Shown: positions 62,534 to 64,000 of the stretch, one piece after another
Numbering within the stretch: position 1 is the stretch's first letter
How the letters are laid out: each line of letters opens with the position of its first letter
DNA from: Sulfurimonas sp.
Lineage (GTDB): Bacteria > Campylobacterota > Campylobacteria > Campylobacterales > Sulfurimonadaceae
Assembly (NCBI GenBank): GCA_027064515.1
Contig: JAMOPL010000153.1
Location: 6,125 to 70,124, forward strand
Reading direction: 5' to 3'
DNA length: 64,000 bases
The notes under the pieces: model-generated
The model's database searches: none
What the model saw: the letters and a program-made list of their open reading frames with translations, nothing else
What the model was told of the DNA's origin: nothing
Made by a program: the position numbers and the translations under genes

Positions 62534-63323
62534 TGATTTAAGACCACACCTTGTAGAACTAAGAAAAAGACTTGGAATCTCTGTTGGAACTTTAATAGTG
62601 ATGTTTTTCGTGATGTTTTATTTTCACGAACCAATTTTAAGTTGGATGGTTGAACCATTAAATATAGCATTAGCAGAGGTTGGTAAAAAATCTGTTCATG
62701 CTGCTGATGGTATGGTTACTACTAGTCAGGTTGGTGGTGCATTTTTTGTAGCGATTAAAGTTGCTTTTTTTGCAGCTATTGTTGGTTCTTTACCTATAAT
62801 ACTTTCTCAGATTTGGATGTTTATAGCTCCTGGACTTTATGCTAATGAGAAAAAGATGATTCTGCCTTTTGTGTTTGGTGGAACTATTATGTTTGTAATT
62901 GGTGTTTTATTTGCTTATTATATTGTTACCCCTTTTGGATTTGACTTTCTTATCACCTTTGGTAGTTTTAAGTTTACCCCTCTTATAAATATAGAGGACT
63001 ATATTGGGTTTTTTACAAAGATTATGTTTGGATTTGGTATAGCATTTGAGTTACCTGTATTTGCTTACTTTTTAGCATTGCTAGGTCTTGTTGATGATAG
63101 ACAGATGAGAGATTTTTTCAAGTATGCAATTATTATTATTTTTATAGTAGCAGCATTATTAACACCTCCAGATATTTTAACTCAGCTACTCATGGCTGGG
63201 CCACTTATTATTCTTTATGGTTTATCTATATTAATAGTAAGAGTAGTAAATCCTGCTCCACCTCTTGAAGAAGATGATGAGGATGATGAAGAGGAAGTAG
63301 CAATAGAGAAAAAAAGTGAGTAA
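62526..63323 (+). CDS. tatC: Twin-arginine translocase subunit TatC
   Basis: HLVELRKRL, FIAPGLY..EK, FELP, LTPPD. Confidence 0.96.
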   Translation: MFDDLRPHLVELRKRLGISVGTLIVMFFVMFYFHEPILSWMVEPLNIALAEVGKKSVHAADGMVTTSQVGGAFFVAIKVAFFAAIVGSLPIILSQIWMFIAPGLYANEKKMILPFVFGGTIMFVIGVLFAYYIVTPFGFDFLITFGSFKFTPLINIEDYIGFFTKIMFGFGIAFELPVFAYFLALLGLVDDRQMRDFFKYAIIIIFIVAALLTPPDILTQLLMAGPLIILYGLSILIVRVVNPAPPLEEDDEDDEEEVAIEKKSE

Positions 63324-64000
63324 CTCAGAGTTACTTACATCTAGTTATGATTTCACTCTTCCGAGTGAACTTATAGCTACACACCCTGCAAATCCACGAG
63401 ACCATGCAAAACTTTTAGTTTATGATAGAGCCTCAAATAAAATCACGCATACTCATTTTTATGATTTTGAAAAATATATCCCTAAAAACTGTGCTTTAAT
63501 TTTTAACGATACAAAAGTTATAAAAGCAAGAATGTATGGTCATAAACCAAGTGGTGGAAAAATCGAGCTTCTTATAAATAGAGCCTTAAATGCTAATGAT
63601 ATAAATGTATATATTAGAGGTAAAGTAAAAGTTGATACTAAGATTCTATTCGATGAGAATCTTGTTGCTATTGTTAAAGAGTTAAATGATGATGGAAGTA
63701 GGGTTGTAAATTTTTTTGTTGATTCTACACTTTTAAGATTTGAAGATTTACTTCCGATTATAGATAAAATTGGTCATGTTCCACTCCCACCATATATTCA
63801 AAGAGAAGATAATACAGAAGATGAGAGTGAATACCAAAGTGTATTTGCCAAAGAGGAGGGAGCAGTAGCTGCTCCAACAGCATCTTTACACTTTACACCA
63901 CAACAACATCAAAAAGTATGTGAGAATCATAAATATGCTTATGTAACTCTTCATGTTGGAAGTGGAACATTTAAGCCCGTAGAATCTGATATAATCACTG
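63316..64000 (+). CDS. queA: S-adenosylmethionine:tRNA ribosyltransferase-isomerase (partial; runs off the window)
   Basis: Manual translation from GTG: MSNSELLTSSYDFTLPSELIATHP...FNDTKVIKAR...GHVPLPPYI...YQSVFA...AVAAPTASLHF...LHVGSGTFKPV. Confidence 0.95.
   Translation, partial: MSNSELLTSSYDFTLPSELIATHPANPRDHAKLLVYDRASNKITHTHFYDFEKYIPKNCALIFNDTKVIKARMYGHKPSGGKIELLINRALNANDINVYIRGKVKVDTKILFDENLVAIVKELNDDGSRVVNFFVDSTLLRFEDLLPIIDKIGHVPLPPYIQREDNTEDESEYQSVFAKEEGAVAAPTASLHFTPQQHQKVCENHKYAYVTLHVGSGTFKPVESDIIT

Noticed and set aside
62119-62670. 183-aa minus-strand ORF
   Set aside because: Antisense shadow of tatB/tatC

Overview
AT-rich chromosomal window from a free-living Campylobacterota bacterium. 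It is most like Sulfurimonas or a relative, judged from gene order: yajC-secDF, purE-DUF3972-glyQ, ftsH-prmA-cheY, ctpA-purCSQ-plsC-crcB, panD-ybaB-PDZ, murE-NifU and hemW-tatBC-queA. Most of the window is housekeeping: Sec/Tat export, purine and histidine synthesis, serS, tRNA-fMet, the rpmJ-rpsMKD-rpoA-rplQ alpha operon, grpE-dnaK and ppk1. It also carries chemotaxis genes (three CZB-domain receptors including a NIT receptor and a split PAS/MCP pair, cheY, a PflB-like TPR protein) and a periplasmic SorAB sulfite dehydrogenase. I found no CRISPR array, integrase, transposase or prophage. The most unusual parts are: (1) a terminator-bounded accessory block at about 6.3-11.1 kb with a two-component system, a LEA-like repeat protein and two secreted unknowns, one built from three tandem 4-cysteine domains; (2) a highly structured leader of about 180 nt ahead of the stand-alone alpha operon; (3) an intergenic hairpin of about 90 nt beside a cold-shock gene; (4) a hemerythrin plus His-containing polytopic membrane protein module; (5) HAIR-like operators over a perfect-consensus grpE-dnaK promoter with no hrcA at the locus. 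Family assignments come from motif recognition by eye, not from database searches.
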